The notes: generated by a model from the sequence alone, not told the origin. 64,000 nucleotides of DNA from an uncultured bacterium (GCA_963713925.1 OY970212.1:160001-224000); one strand, 5' to 3'; counted from the stretch's first letter, positions 1 to 11,427 are shown. Translations and numbers: made by a program.

Positions 1-543
1 ATATCCCCAATCGCATGATCCGTTTGCCAATGTCCATTCAAAAATATCTCCGGATTGTCGTCCTGTAGGAATCGGTTGTTTACAGTTGAGCATATAACAT
101 TCAGATAAGTTGAAGCCAAGCCTGAAATAAAAACCATATGCGCCAAATTGCTTGAGTTGCTTGGCGCAGAATAGCATGTCAAAGTCATCCTTGACGACTA
201 TGTCATCAACGGCAAAAACAACAAACTCATTGCCAGTTCTTTTTAATGCGTGCTCGGTAAGCGGCTTGAAATCAGCGCGTGGGTTGCTCCCTTGTCGCGT
301 GAATTGTGCCTGTGGAAATGTTTGAGCGACAATATCGTATCCCTTTTGATATTGATCATTGCTTGAGCGATAAATAACTTCAATTCGAGAAAGGCCGGTA
401 ACATAGGTATCAATCGATTCAAGCAATGCATAAAGTTGCATCGGTCTATCAAATGAAAAGATGATCATATCAACATTCGGCTGCTGAGCGAAGCCGGAAA
501 AGAATGAAAAAAAAGAAAGAAACATTACTAGTTTTAACTTCAT
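1..543 (-). CDS. Signal-peptide-bearing glycosyltransferase-like protein, partial (runs off the left edge)
   Basis: Not in ORF track; hand-translated from ATG at 543: [43 protein letters not shown]...VFAVDD...FYFRLG, open to base 1; overlaps the stop of the GT2 gene. Confidence 0.75.
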   Translation of the reverse strand, partial: MKLKLVMFLSFFSFFSGFAQQPNVDMIIFSFDRPMQLYALLESIDTYVTGLSRIEVIYRSSNDQYQKGYDIVAQTFPQAQFTRQGSNPRADFKPLTEHALKRTGNEFVVFAVDDIVVKDDFDMLFCAKQLKQFGAYGFYFRLGFNLSECYMLNCKQPIPTGRQSGDIFEWTLANGSCDWGY

Positions 544-1367
544 ACCTTTATCTCCAAAGAGGTTACCGTACCATATTTTGGTTTGCTACGAATATACATA
601 TCAAGGCGGGATTGGAATTCTCTATTCACTTTTGAGTCGTTAAGCGGGGTTCCATAATTATAGATGTACAGGACATCGGGAATAAATCGAGAGTGTGTTC
701 CAGTCATTTCAAGCATCGGGATCATTAATGCAACATCCCAAGCCATCGGATAAAATACGCCTTCATACAGGAGATCCTCTTTTTTTATCATCTTAAAAAG
801 TTTTGCATAAAAGGTGCGTAAATGGGATGTATGCCATTCATATGATCGGTATGTTTTTTGTTCAATGACCCAACGCGGCAATTCGTGAAACCAGCTTGCC
901 TGATTTAATGGCCACCATATGAACGTGCCATAGGTCATCCACACTTCGCCTGATTCATATTCTTGCGCAAGTCGTTCAAGCACATGCTCATGAGCAAACC
1001 AATCATCACCATCGAGCAATACTACTATTTCATCATCATCGCACGAATGTATTGCCTGATAGATATTTGCCAGAGCGCCTTGGCGTTGTTCATTGTTAAT
1101 GAACAACGCTTTATGTGCGTGTCGATGTTGTGCAATGTATTCTTGCACTAATCGAGCCGTGTCATCAGTTGATACGTCGTTAACATAGATAATTCTGAAA
1201 TCATCATATTCTTGATTCAGAGCTGAACTTAAGTTGCGTTCAAGCCATTCTTGATTATTGTACGAGGGAATTACGATGACAAAGCGTGGCAATGCTTCAC
1301 AGAAAGACATGCACAATACCACCTGTGACACAACGAAAAACTTAATAATTATTTTTTGTAGAATCAC
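540..1367 (-). CDS. Glycosyltransferase family 2 protein with N-terminal signal peptide
   Basis: [21 protein letters not shown] (DxD) motifs. Confidence 0.9.
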   Translation of the reverse strand: MILQKIIIKFFVVSQVVLCMSFCEALPRFVIVIPSYNNQEWLERNLSSALNQEYDDFRIIYVNDVSTDDTARLVQEYIAQHRHAHKALFINNEQRQGALANIYQAIHSCDDDEIVVLLDGDDWFAHEHVLERLAQEYESGEVWMTYGTFIWWPLNQASWFHELPRWVIEQKTYRSYEWHTSHLRTFYAKLFKMIKKEDLLYEGVFYPMAWDVALMIPMLEMTGTHSRFIPDVLYIYNYGTPLNDSKVNREFQSRLDMYIRSKPKYGTVTSLEIKV

Positions 1368-2478
1368 CGTAAAGCTCCTGTTCCATCATATCGGCAACCA
1401 ACATATTAAAATTGTAATATGGTTTCCAACCAAGTGTTTGACGCGCTTTAGAAGAATCTCCGAGTAAAAAATCAACTTCGGGCGGACGGAAATATTGCGG
1501 GTCAACAAACACGAGTTCTTGACCAGTTTCAGCATTGTACCCAACTTCTTCAACTCCGGAGCCTTTCCAAGCAATCTTTATATCAACATATGCAAAGGCA
1601 GCCTCAACAAACTCACGAACAGAATGAGCTTCTCCTGTTGCAACCACGTAATCATCGGGTTCATCCTGTTGCAGCATTAACCACATTGCCTGGACATAAT
1701 CTTTTGCATGTCCCCAATCACGCATTGCATCAAGATTTCCCAAATAGAGAGCTTTCTGCTCTCCCCGAAAAATTGCCCCGACAGCGCGTGTGATTTTGCG
1801 TGTGACAAAAGTTTCGCCGCGATAGGGAGATTCATGATTGAATAAGATTCCATTGACTGCATATATGCCATATGATTCGCGATAATTTCTTGTGATCCAA
1901 TAGGCATAGAGTTTTGCTACACCATAAGGAGAGCGTGGATAAAAAGGGGTAGTTTCTTTTTGAGGAATTTCAACAACTTTACCAAACATTTCGCTTGTAG
2001 ATGCTTGATAAAAGCGAACTGTTTTTTCAAGTCCAGCGGATCGAATTGCTTCCAGCAAATATAATGTTCCCAATCCATCGGATAAACCGGTATATTCCGG
2101 CATCAAAAAAGATACTTTTACATGGCTTTGAGCCGCAAGGTTGTATACTTCATCGGGTTTTATTTCTCTCATCAAGCGGATAAGATTAGATGTATCAGTC
2201 AAATCTCCATAATGAAGAAAAAATCGATGATCTCTTTTTTCATGAAGGTCGTGATACAACTTATCGATTCGAAATGTGTTTATTGAAGAACTTCTTCTTT
2301 TAATTCCGTGAACTTCATATCCCTTATCAAGCAGAAGTTCAGCCAAGTAGGCTCCATCTTGGCCGGTTATTCCGGTTATAAAAGCTTTTTTTCTTTGAAC
2401 AGTGTTTCCCCCGCGCACTTCTGTTGTGATGATCGAGCAAAACAAGGCGCACAGGATGAATTGAATTATATGCTTCAT
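1342..2478 (-). CDS. gmd: GDP-mannose 4,6-dehydratase
   Basis: [43 protein letters not shown] motifs. Confidence 0.97.
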   Translation of the reverse strand: MKHIIQFILCALFCSIITTEVRGGNTVQRKKAFITGITGQDGAYLAELLLDKGYEVHGIKRRSSSINTFRIDKLYHDLHEKRDHRFFLHYGDLTDTSNLIRLMREIKPDEVYNLAAQSHVKVSFLMPEYTGLSDGLGTLYLLEAIRSAGLEKTVRFYQASTSEMFGKVVEIPQKETTPFYPRSPYGVAKLYAYWITRNYRESYGIYAVNGILFNHESPYRGETFVTRKITRAVGAIFRGEQKALYLGNLDAMRDWGHAKDYVQAMWLMLQQDEPDDYVVATGEAHSVREFVEAAFAYVDIKIAWKGSGVEEVGYNAETGQELVFVDPQYFRPPEVDFLLGDSSKARQTLGWKPYYNFNMLVADMMEQELYGDSTKNNY

Positions 2479-2538
2479 AATACTATCATTCTACTTTTTA
2501 TTTATACCCATGCGGTTTTGTAATGCGCATGAGCTAAT

Positions 2539-3537
2539 TTACTCTTTTATATGATTTGTTTGGTGATACCACGCAATAGTTTTTGCAATTCCTTCTTCAA
2601 GTGAGGTTGATGCTTTCCAGCCTAGAGCATTTATTCGATCGACATTGAGCAGTTTTCGAGGAGTGCCATCAGGCTTTGTGTTGTCATACACCAATTCTCC
2701 TTCAAAGCCGACCGCTTTTTTTATTTTTTCAGCCAACTGGCCAATGGTAAGCTCTTGTCCCGTGCCGACGTTAACAACCTCATCGCCGGTGTAATTATTC
2801 ATTAGGAAAACGCATGCATCAGCACAATCGTCGACATATAAAAATTCTCGATATACTTTTCCAGTCCCCCAAATGACAACATTTTCGGCATTAGTTTCTT
2901 TTGCGCAAATCATTTTGGAAAGTAATGCAGGCAATACGTGAGACATTGTCAGATTAAAATTATCGCCCGGGCCATAGAGATTGGTTGGCATGCACGCAAT
3001 AAAATTAGTTCCGAGTTGACGATTATATGACTGACACAATGAGATACCGGCTATTTTTGCAATAGCATATGCTTCATTGGTTTTTTCCAAACCACCACTC
3101 AAGAGATATTCTTCTTTAATGGGTTGTGGACAATCGCGTGGATAGATGCAAGAAGTGCCTAAAAATAATAATTTTTTCACGCCATATTTATAGGATGAAT
3201 TAATAACATTGAGTTCAATCGCCAAATTTCTGAAAATAAAATCAGCCGGATAATCTCGATTGGCTACAATTCCTCCAACTTTTGCTGCCGCAAGAAAGAC
3301 ATATTCAGGACGTTCATTTGCAAAGAATGTTTCAACATCTTCTTGTCTGCATAAATCGAGCTCTTTAGATGTTCGTGTAATAATGTTTGTGTAACCTAAA
3401 GATTTAAGTCTGCGTACAATAGCTGAACCTACAAGTCCGGTGTGCCCGGCAACATAAATCTTTGCATCAAAAGGCATGCCCGCCTGTATGTGAACAAAGG
3501 TGCTCAAAATTATCAAGAATAGCTTCATTATTTTCAT
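2539..3537 (-). CDS. fcl: GDP-L-fucose synthase
   Basis: [39 protein letters not shown]; adjacent to gmd. Confidence 0.96.
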   Translation of the reverse strand: MKIMKLFLIILSTFVHIQAGMPFDAKIYVAGHTGLVGSAIVRRLKSLGYTNIITRTSKELDLCRQEDVETFFANERPEYVFLAAAKVGGIVANRDYPADFIFRNLAIELNVINSSYKYGVKKLLFLGTSCIYPRDCPQPIKEEYLLSGGLEKTNEAYAIAKIAGISLCQSYNRQLGTNFIACMPTNLYGPGDNFNLTMSHVLPALLSKMICAKETNAENVVIWGTGKVYREFLYVDDCADACVFLMNNYTGDEVVNVGTGQELTIGQLAEKIKKAVGFEGELVYDNTKPDGTPRKLLNVDRINALGWKASTSLEEGIAKTIAWYHQTNHIKE

Positions 3538-3680
3538 GGTTTGACTCCTCTTTTTTTTACTATCATCGCTTTGTTTTATTGGTTTGGTATACTATAGCGC
3601 AATGAAATGAGTGTCAATATACCCAAGCGTCATTTTATTATTATTGAGATTTTGGGAATATCGAAAGCGATGCAATATCC

Positions 3681-4241
3681 ATGACTTTTAAAACTCTCGG
3701 TCTCATTTTAAAGCACAAACATTACATCATTTTGCTATTGCTTGGAATGTCATACATCTTTTCGCAAGAAATTCCGGTTCCCGTTCCGCATATTGATCAA
3801 AATCAATTGCCCAAACAGCCGATGAATGTGAATTTTAACGTCTTGAATAAAAACAGCAATCTGGGATTTCAAGGGAATTCTTCCTGTTTGTGCACCTTTT
3901 TTTTTGATGAGCGCTTAAAGCATTGCTTACTGCAGCTTTCAGATGAAGAATTTAATCGAGAAGTAAAAAGTTATCACGATAATCGAATTAAGCATGTATG
4001 GAGAATGCTTGATCGTAATCAAAAAATACAATTTTTATCTACCGTTGATGAAGTATTATATCAACGAATTATCGGTATGATGGAGCCTTTGCCAGAAATG
4101 CCAAAAACAAAACGAGAATGGTTAGCATTAGCTAAAGAAGCTGAAGGGAAAAAGCGAGCTTTAGAGAAATGTGAAAAGGTCATCAATGGGATATTTTATG
4201 TAGCAGGGCTAGCGGTAACCGCAATCATATTTGGCAAATAG
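3681..4241 (+). CDS. Hypothetical exported protein
   Basis: 186-aa ORF, hydrophobic N- and C-termini; NVNFNVLNKNSN motif resembles NVSFNLVNNNSN of next gene. Confidence 0.65.
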   Translation: MTFKTLGLILKHKHYIILLLLGMSYIFSQEIPVPVPHIDQNQLPKQPMNVNFNVLNKNSNLGFQGNSSCLCTFFFDERLKHCLLQLSDEEFNREVKSYHDNRIKHVWRMLDRNQKIQFLSTVDEVLYQRIIGMMEPLPEMPKTKREWLALAKEAEGKKRALEKCEKVINGIFYVAGLAVTAIIFGK

Positions 4242-4335
4242 CCGCACTGAAGCTCATGAATATCTGAAAAAATGGTTGAATAGGACGAGCTCAATAACAA
4301 ACTAATCTCAAAATTAGATCATAGATAGGAAAATA

Positions 4336-5064
4336 TTGATGAATATCAAACTAATTTTCTTTGCACTGTTTCTTGGACAACTACAAGCGGGCGACTCGAC
4401 AAAAAATAGTACGCAACTGACGCCCGAAAAAAACCCTTTAAGTAGTTTTCTCAATGTCTCATTTAACCTGGTCAATAACAACTCCAATAGTTTGTCATCG
4501 GAAATGCAACAAGCATCGGTGCAAAAACAAACGAACGAACAGAGCCTTTTGGTCGACCCGCGATTACTCGCATTAACTGACGTGGTTAAACGGCATTGGC
4601 TCGGCACGACATGCACCATAGTTGGAGTGTGCGCCTTCAGTTCATATATGCTTTTATTTGCTTACATTATGCGAAATAAAAGCTGGATTCATTATGCGAC
4701 TGATGCATGGCACTGCTGGAGAAGCGACGTGTCGATTGATGTGTTAAAACAAGTAGATCCTTCGCTTACAGCTCGAGAACTATGGAAAACGATCCAGAAC
4801 AAATATCTCGAAAATCGAGACAGATCTCCAAACAATCAAGCGGCTGATTGTTTGACGCTTTTTATCAATGAAACATCATATGAAATAGATAGACTTAATA
4901 CATTTATTGAGACGTGCAATACTATTGAAAAACGATACCTTTTTTATATCATACCGACTATTACGCATTCACGTTCTCTTGCATCGGAAAAGCTTTCGCG
5001 TTTACAATTGATGCAACATGCTGTTACTAATACTGTTGTGGCGGCTCTGACGAACCCGATATGA
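4336..5064 (+). CDS. Hypothetical exported/membrane protein
   Basis: Signal peptide, one internal TM segment, AGGA RBS. Confidence 0.7.
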   Translation: MMNIKLIFFALFLGQLQAGDSTKNSTQLTPEKNPLSSFLNVSFNLVNNNSNSLSSEMQQASVQKQTNEQSLLVDPRLLALTDVVKRHWLGTTCTIVGVCAFSSYMLLFAYIMRNKSWIHYATDAWHCWRSDVSIDVLKQVDPSLTARELWKTIQNKYLENRDRSPNNQAADCLTLFINETSYEIDRLNTFIETCNTIEKRYLFYIIPTITHSRSLASEKLSRLQLMQHAVTNTVVAALTNPI

Positions 5065-5120
5065 ATCTCAAAATAGACGGACCTATTTTGAGATTGGATT
5101 AATGATGATTTATTTTTAAG

Positions 5121-5654
5121 TTGATGTGCAATATGCCGCTTCCACGTTTCATTTTCTTTTCCGTTTTTGTTATCTACGCTTTACATGCTCAAGATAATGA
5201 ACAACTTTCTCCTTTTGATACGGCGGTGCAAGAAATTGCACAACAACCAATCAATACACCCCAAACCAGTACACCCCAAATTCCATTTGGGGACCCCGAG
5301 ATAAATAACAAATCAGAATCACACTTTTTAAATTACGAAAACTGCAAAAAAGCAATCGATTTCATTGCTCTGGCATCGGCATTTATACGCGTGTATGTTC
5401 GATATCAACGCATTTATGGACCTCCCGTTGAGCCGGATTGGCTTGATAAAGCATGGAGTGCCATTTGTCCGGATATTATTCAAGATGCATCGCAACACAG
5501 CAGACTTTTTAAAGAAACCCTGGAAATAACGTTTGAAACAGTAACTATCAAAACGGTGGCGAAACTCATACTTTTTTGTTGGAAGGGCGATGCTTTTACG
5601 ATGATGAAAGCAACAGCTCTCAAAATTCGCCGATTTTTTTGGTTGCTTGTATAA
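5121..5654 (+). CDS. Hypothetical exported protein
   Basis: Signal peptide (..YALHA|QD); start uncertain (5121/5124/5133); 3' end duplicated at 6279-6444. Confidence 0.7.
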   Translation: MMCNMPLPRFIFFSVFVIYALHAQDNEQLSPFDTAVQEIAQQPINTPQTSTPQIPFGDPEINNKSESHFLNYENCKKAIDFIALASAFIRVYVRYQRIYGPPVEPDWLDKAWSAICPDIIQDASQHSRLFKETLEITFETVTIKTVAKLILFCWKGDAFTMMKATALKIRRFFWLLV

Positions 5655-5771
5655 GGCTGATTTTGCAAAGGCAAAACCGCAGATTTAAAAAATAAGCGTT
5701 TAACAAGCATTGCAACATGTTATACTTATGTCCACAAGCTATATTTCATTATTTTCGCAAGGTGACTGACA

Positions 5772-6122
5772 ATGAAAATCAATAGTACTATGATAACAAC
5801 AGCGTTCGAACTTCCGGGATATAAAATCAACCAATCACTCGGGATGGTCAAAGGCATTTCGGTAAGATCACGCAGTATTATCGGCGGAATCGGAGCCGGA
5901 ATACAAACTCTTTTCGGAGGAAATATTTCATTGTATACAAGTCTATGCGAAAAAACTCGTCAGGAAGCTTTTACTATTTTAATTGCACAAGCAGAGGCAT
6001 TAGGAGCAAATGCAATCATCGGAATGCGTTATGATGCTACGGAAATTGCTGCCGGAGTCACTGAGGTAATAGCATATGGAACAGCCGTTATTGCCGATAC
6101 CGGGTTGAAGAGTAATTTTTGA
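5772..6122 (+). CDS. YbjQ/UPF0145 family protein
   Basis: [35 protein letters not shown] motifs. Confidence 0.92.
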   Translation: MKINSTMITTAFELPGYKINQSLGMVKGISVRSRSIIGGIGAGIQTLFGGNISLYTSLCEKTRQEAFTILIAQAEALGANAIIGMRYDATEIAAGVTEVIAYGTAVIADTGLKSNF

Positions 6123-6278
6123 CAACAAGGCGACTATTTTATTTGTGAATAACTACAGCAACCCTGTCATATTTTTATCCATTTGGTTATTTATAGCTAA
6201 CCAAATTGTCAACAAATTGATATTTTTAACTTACTATTTTTAACCATAAAAGCCTTATTTCACACATTTTTTATCCCT

Positions 6279-6444
6279 GCAATACAGCAGACTTTTTTAA
6301 AGAAACGCTTGAGATAACGTTTGAAACTGTAGCCATCAAAACGGCGGCGAAACTCATACTCTTTTGATGGAAGGGCGATGCCGTTGCCATGATGAAAGCA
6401 ACAGCTCTCAAAATACGCAGATTTTTTTCGTTGTTGATTTAGGC
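6279..6444 (+). pseudogene. Degenerate copy of the 3' end of gene 5121-5654 (direct repeat of 5492-5657)
   Basis: Aligns to 5492-5657 with an extra T in a T-run and TGT->TGA at 6365-6367. Confidence 0.85.
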
Positions 6445-6533
6445 GTATGGACGGACCTGAATACCTCCCCTTGTTTTTATGTAAAAGCTGACTTAAGATA
6501 AAAAACGTTCAATGGCTCAAAAAAGGAAGTTGG

Positions 6534-8066
6534 ATGAAAAGTAATCTTCGCGTCAGTATTCCGGTGTTTTTATCATGTGCCGTCGGAACGCTTATTAACG
6601 CGTTCACCGGAAATCCGTGCTGCATTCCACAGCGTCGGGATCCTATTATTTGTTATGACGACTGTTATGAATATACAAGTCAGACCTTCATGTATACACA
6701 TCCTATTACGCATAATATTGCTGCATACAAAGATATTTGGCACAGTCTTGTTTACACTCAAGCTCCGGACAGCACTGCATTTCAAATTATAGGAATTGGC
6801 CAAGGGTCAAATTACAACCATAACGTTGTTCGTTATTTTTTATTCGACAAGAAAACATCACTTACGTTCCGTGGTGATGATGCTCCTGATGCGCGATATC
6901 GTGACGTTCGTTCGGAATGGTTTGGCATTAACAACGACAATTTTGCTGCAGATTTAACTCTCAATCCAAAACAAAATCAATTAGGTTTCTTTGTTAATGT
7001 GTATCAGCCGCTTGATACCTTCTTTAATCACCCTTTTTTTGATGATTGGTGGTTAGAAGTTCGTGTTCCGTTTGTACTTGTTGATAACAACATAGGATTA
7101 ATTCAAACGAATTTACACAATCCGGGAACAGCTCAAGGCCCTGAAGATGTTATTCAGGCATTTAATCAACCGCTCTGGAAATTCGGCAGAATGGGTATTC
7201 CCAAGACACGTGCCGGAATTGCAGATATCAGTTTTCTTTTGGGGTCAACCTATTTGAGCAATGGATTTGATGAATTTGCATATTACTCTGGATTTAGCAT
7301 TCCGATTCGTGGATCGACAGACAATCATTACATTTTTGATTCAGTAATGGGAAACAACGGCCACGTTTCATACGATGGCGGCGTTAACTTACAAGTAGGG
7401 CTCAACTGTGACACAGATTGTTACGTTGCTGCATGGTTTTTAAATCTTGAGGTGCATTGGTTGTTTCAAAATAGGCAATGCAGAACATTTGATTTGATGG
7501 ACAAGCCATGGAGCCGCTATTTGTATTACAACAAAAAGGATGGGTTGCCAAATCAGAATGTTTCCGGAGTGAACGTACTTACCCGAGAATGTAAAATCAG
7601 ACCTTATGCTATGTGTGAATTTAACACTGGCTGGCGATGGATCACTGATTCGCTTGAGGCGAATGTGAGTTATTCTTTGTGGGGACATGGTACGGAAGGC
7701 ATCCAGTTGCTCTGCCCTTTTGAAGAAGAGTGGGGTATCGCCGGCGTAGGCCCGTTAAGTCCGCAGCAGCCCGGACTCGCTGCTTCGGCGAGCAATAGCA
7801 CCATTAAAAACCTGGCACCTAATGATGTTGATCCGGATGGAAATCCTATTTTTGTAACCGTCAAAGCCTCTGATCTTAATATTCGCTCGGTACAAAGTCG
7901 CAGCGCGATTGCGCATCGAATTAATGCCTCAATAGGTTTTCATTCATTCGGCAGTTACGCCGATGGATTCTTGGGATTTGGTGGATACTATGAATGGCCT
8001 CAGCCGCATTTCACGAGCACATTGCAAGTGTGGGGCTTGTGGGCCAAGTTTGGCGCTTCGTTCTAA
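6534..8066 (+). CDS. Hypothetical exported protein, possibly outer-membrane beta-barrel
   Basis: 510 aa, signal peptide, aromatic-rich, ends WGLWAKFGASF (C-terminal Phe beta-signal-like). Confidence 0.7.
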   Translation: MKSNLRVSIPVFLSCAVGTLINAFTGNPCCIPQRRDPIICYDDCYEYTSQTFMYTHPITHNIAAYKDIWHSLVYTQAPDSTAFQIIGIGQGSNYNHNVVRYFLFDKKTSLTFRGDDAPDARYRDVRSEWFGINNDNFAADLTLNPKQNQLGFFVNVYQPLDTFFNHPFFDDWWLEVRVPFVLVDNNIGLIQTNLHNPGTAQGPEDVIQAFNQPLWKFGRMGIPKTRAGIADISFLLGSTYLSNGFDEFAYYSGFSIPIRGSTDNHYIFDSVMGNNGHVSYDGGVNLQVGLNCDTDCYVAAWFLNLEVHWLFQNRQCRTFDLMDKPWSRYLYYNKKDGLPNQNVSGVNVLTRECKIRPYAMCEFNTGWRWITDSLEANVSYSLWGHGTEGIQLLCPFEEEWGIAGVGPLSPQQPGLAASASNSTIKNLAPNDVDPDGNPIFVTVKASDLNIRSVQSRSAIAHRINASIGFHSFGSYADGFLGFGGYYEWPQPHFTSTLQVWGLWAKFGASF

Positions 8067-8080
8067 AAAATGACACACTT

Positions 8081-8320
8081 AGAGCTTATATGAAATTCCC
8101 AGAAGTTGCTCATTGCTATGTCAGGGCAGAATTTATTTCAGGATCTACTTAACCTGGATCCAGCCTTTTACCCAAATTCAGCGTGCGCTTCATTTGGGAC
8201 CCAGCCTTCGCTTATCCAGGCTTTCGGGCTTGGTAAGCTACGGCGGACAAGTTGCTGAAACAAGTGCCTCTTGACAACCAACCCCTTTTAGTTAGAAAGC
8301 TTAATTTTCGGATAAGCTCT
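8081..8320 (-). mobile_element. MITE-like element copy 1 (240 bp), with nested palindromes
   Basis: Ends AGAGCTTATATGAAA ... TTTCGGATAAGCTCT; reverse complement aligns with 27356-27501 and 31360-31629. Confidence 0.85.
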
Positions 8321-9369
8321 CATTCTTTAATCGGGATCAAACTTTTGTATAGTCCCTGTTTATCAATTTTTGCAATCCACATTTCATGGTCTTGGCGGCC
8401 GTAGGCAAGGACAATGGAGTCGTCAGCATCAATAAAACCGCACGGAAATACGGCAACAATGGAACCCCAATACGGTTTGTAGGTTGTGCCATGATAAAAG
8501 TTTTTTCCAATAATCGGGAATGAACTCATTCCGGTTATGTTAAAGGGAAATTGCGTAGAAAAAGTGTAAGCACCGATAAAATAATGGCGGGCCAGTTTAG
8601 GATGATGTACTGATTTCATCATCAATGATGAATGAAAAAATGATAGGTAGTGATCTCTATATCGCAGTGCTGTAGTTCCTCCGCGAGGCTCACCCCATTG
8701 CCAATCAATTCTTGCTTCAGTTGTTCCTATCGATTGGCAAAATTCCGTGCCCGTCAAATCAGGTTTAAATATTTTGTGCGGGGTAATACTGTATCCCAAC
8801 AATAATGTATCTTGAGACACAAAAGGAACCCAGTTTTTTTCTCGTTGGTTGTTATCACATCCTTCAAAGAGCGATAATCTTTCGATCTGTTCGATGAGCA
8901 CTTTTTGAGGTGCACGCCCTTTGCATGATAATCGAGCAACATGCATACGAAATCCTTTTTTACTGATAACCGGATCTACGTTATCGCTATAAATCAAATA
9001 GAGCTTATCTTTAATCGAGACAAGTCGACCGTCTTCCGCACGTGAAGGAATCGTTGAGTTGGGACGGAAATCCAAAAGCATCGGCTTTGAAATAGGTTTC
9101 AAATCTTCATTGAGCCACACAAGGCCTATGTATGAGACAAAAGAATTTTTCGGATCGGGTATAACACGAAAACTCATCAAAATGTTGTGCTGCCAACGAA
9201 TAATTGAAGGATTAAAAGCGGTAGGATATTCTTCAAGAATGATCTGCTTTGTCTCTCGGACAAAATCTTGGCTGAAGTTTTCTAAATCAATGTGTGAGCT
9301 CTGCAAAAAACGAACGTATATAAGAGCAATGCAACAAGAGAACTTAGGAAATGTCATAGATATTCTCAT
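8320..9369 (-). CDS. Exported five-bladed beta-propeller glycosidase/mannosyltransferase-like protein, paralogue 2
   Basis: FNPSII, EDGRL, EKNWVPF, RGGT, FFHS, YGRQD motifs; paralogue of next gene. Confidence 0.65.
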   Translation of the reverse strand: MRISMTFPKFSCCIALIYVRFLQSSHIDLENFSQDFVRETKQIILEEYPTAFNPSIIRWQHNILMSFRVIPDPKNSFVSYIGLVWLNEDLKPISKPMLLDFRPNSTIPSRAEDGRLVSIKDKLYLIYSDNVDPVISKKGFRMHVARLSCKGRAPQKVLIEQIERLSLFEGCDNNQREKNWVPFVSQDTLLLGYSITPHKIFKPDLTGTEFCQSIGTTEARIDWQWGEPRGGTTALRYRDHYLSFFHSSLMMKSVHHPKLARHYFIGAYTFSTQFPFNITGMSSFPIIGKNFYHGTTYKPYWGSIVAVFPCGFIDADDSIVLAYGRQDHEMWIAKIDKQGLYKSLIPIKE

Positions 9370-10450
9370 CTACTGAGACATCAGTTATTGCTTTAGTGCT
9401 TATTGATTCAGCTTGCTCGATGTCAGCGTGTGAGCAGGGCATTAAGCTTTCATACAATCGTTTCTTGTCCAATTGTGCAACCCATATCTCAAAATCTTGT
9501 CGGCCGTAGGTAATCCAAATATATTCTTTTTCAGCGATGATTCCCATGGGAAATACGACGCGCAATGGCTTCCAGGTAGGATATGCAGGCGCATTGTAAA
9601 AATTTTTTTCCACAATTGGCAGGGGACTTATGTCAGTAACTGCAAACGGCGGTTCGCTTGAAAATCGGTAGGCTCCCATGACATAGTGGGACATTTTTTT
9701 CCCGTCTGAATGAACCGTTTCCATTTCTTGTGACGAATGAAAAAATGAAATGTATTTTCCTTCATCTAAAATTGCCGGTGTTCCGCCACGCAACACTCCC
9801 CATGGCCAATGTATATTGCATTGTGTTGAAGATACTGTCTGACAATAGCCATCTTCATATGATGGCTTGAGAATGATGTGCGGATTTTGACTGTAGGCAA
9901 GCAAAAGTGAGTCCTGATAATTAAAAGGAGTCCAATTCTTTTGCCATCTGGTAAGCGATCCGAAAGATGAGTTTAAGCATAATGGGTTTTCTACAAAAAA
10001 AGTGTCTCCATCTTGCTGCATCTGAGCAACAAACATTCTCCGTGTGACAAAATCATCAATTTTTGTGAAATTGCAGTATAAAATGTGGAGCTTTCCTTGA
10101 ATGACAATCAAGCGTGGGTCTTGATTTTGATTAAAAGAAGAATCAGTATCTTTTATTTTCAAAATCTGAGGTCGGCTTATTGGGTTAAATTCTTCATCGA
10201 GCCACACACATCCAACTTGAAAAGTTGATCTCATATGCGTGTCTCTCACTCGAAAACACATGAGTAATGAATTTTGCCAGCGAATGACAGATGCGTTAAA
10301 TGCTCCGGGATACCCGGGGATATGTATCTGCTTGGTTTGAAGAACAAAGTCTTGACAATAATCTGTGAGATCAATCAATGCCGCGCGTGATACATTTGAC
10401 AGTACCAACAGATATATCAGTAAAAATCTAACAATTTCCACTTTGATCAT
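9344..10450 (-). CDS. Exported five-bladed beta-propeller glycosidase/mannosyltransferase-like protein, paralogue 1
   Basis: FNASVI, QDPRL, QKNWTPF, RGGTP, FFHS, YGRQD motifs. Confidence 0.65.
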   Translation of the reverse strand: MIKVEIVRFLLIYLLVLSNVSRAALIDLTDYCQDFVLQTKQIHIPGYPGAFNASVIRWQNSLLMCFRVRDTHMRSTFQVGCVWLDEEFNPISRPQILKIKDTDSSFNQNQDPRLIVIQGKLHILYCNFTKIDDFVTRRMFVAQMQQDGDTFFVENPLCLNSSFGSLTRWQKNWTPFNYQDSLLLAYSQNPHIILKPSYEDGYCQTVSSTQCNIHWPWGVLRGGTPAILDEGKYISFFHSSQEMETVHSDGKKMSHYVMGAYRFSSEPPFAVTDISPLPIVEKNFYNAPAYPTWKPLRVVFPMGIIAEKEYIWITYGRQDFEIWVAQLDKKRLYESLMPCSHADIEQAESISTKAITDVSVDENIYDIS

Positions 10451-11316
10451 TCATTTTTACTTTCATTAAAAGGTAGTTCCATTTTTCGGCATTCCCAACA
10501 CTCAAATGGAAATGAATCGTATAAGACTTGCAAGTCACATTGGACGGGCGGCTCTCCGCCTAAAATTAAGGCTTCTTCAATCGAAGTTGCAGCTTTGAAT
10601 TCTGGGCGATTCGTTCCCCAATAATAGTCTTGATATTTTAACAGGGGCTCATTTTCGGTGACCTTCAAAAGCCGGGCCGGAATACCGAAAGCTTCAGCTA
10701 CAACAAGTCCATGTAATGAGCTTGAGATAACGAATTTACTATCAACTATTTTTTCAACAACGATGTCCCATGGTTCAGTGGGATACACCACATTTTGATA
10801 TACATCCTTGGGAAATAATTGTTCTTCAGAGTAGTGAGGAATAATAATGTATTCATATTTCGGATTCTTTTTTCTTTTGAATTCAGGAAAAAAATAGGGC
10901 ATAAGTAACGCGGGGTCACCATATACTTCTGGGCATGTGATGCCAAAATTTTCGATCAAAAATTGTCGCGTTATTGGCCCTCTGACTGCGCGAACATCGA
11001 GTCCATTAAATCTATAATATTTCAGATCAAGCCATTTGCCGTTGACTCCTGAGCCCCAAATGACATCATTATCGCGGGCAAACGTCATTATTGAGCCGAT
11101 GGCTAATAATTTCTTTTCTTTCACTCCAGCATTTTTATCAAATACGCGAACCGATGTTTGCACGATCCGTTCAACTAATTTGAGCGACAAGTAATCGCCG
11201 AAATTAATAAATTTATCGTTCCAGTAGTAAAGCGGGAGCGCTTTGTTCGATAATGCATTGTTCCCGATTAAGCAAAAAGAAAAAAGTATAAAAATAAAAA
11301 AATTAGATCGCTTCAT
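10447..11316 (-). CDS. Polysaccharide pyruvyltransferase family protein with signal peptide
   Basis: NFGDYLS, WGSG, AVRGPIT, YGDPALL, SSSLHGLVVAEAFGIP. Confidence 0.9.
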   Translation of the reverse strand: MKRSNFFIFILFSFCLIGNNALSNKALPLYYWNDKFINFGDYLSLKLVERIVQTSVRVFDKNAGVKEKKLLAIGSIMTFARDNDVIWGSGVNGKWLDLKYYRFNGLDVRAVRGPITRQFLIENFGITCPEVYGDPALLMPYFFPEFKRKKNPKYEYIIIPHYSEEQLFPKDVYQNVVYPTEPWDIVVEKIVDSKFVISSSLHGLVVAEAFGIPARLLKVTENEPLLKYQDYYWGTNRPEFKAATSIEEALILGGEPPVQCDLQVLYDSFPFECWECRKMELPFNESKNE

Positions 11317-11427
11317 ATTGATCTCATTCTCACTTTTTTTGTCAGACCAAAATCCTTAATAGGAGAGAGTTTACCAGAGATCACATTTTAAAAACAACCT
11401 AATAGTTAGATTGCATATGAAAAGATT

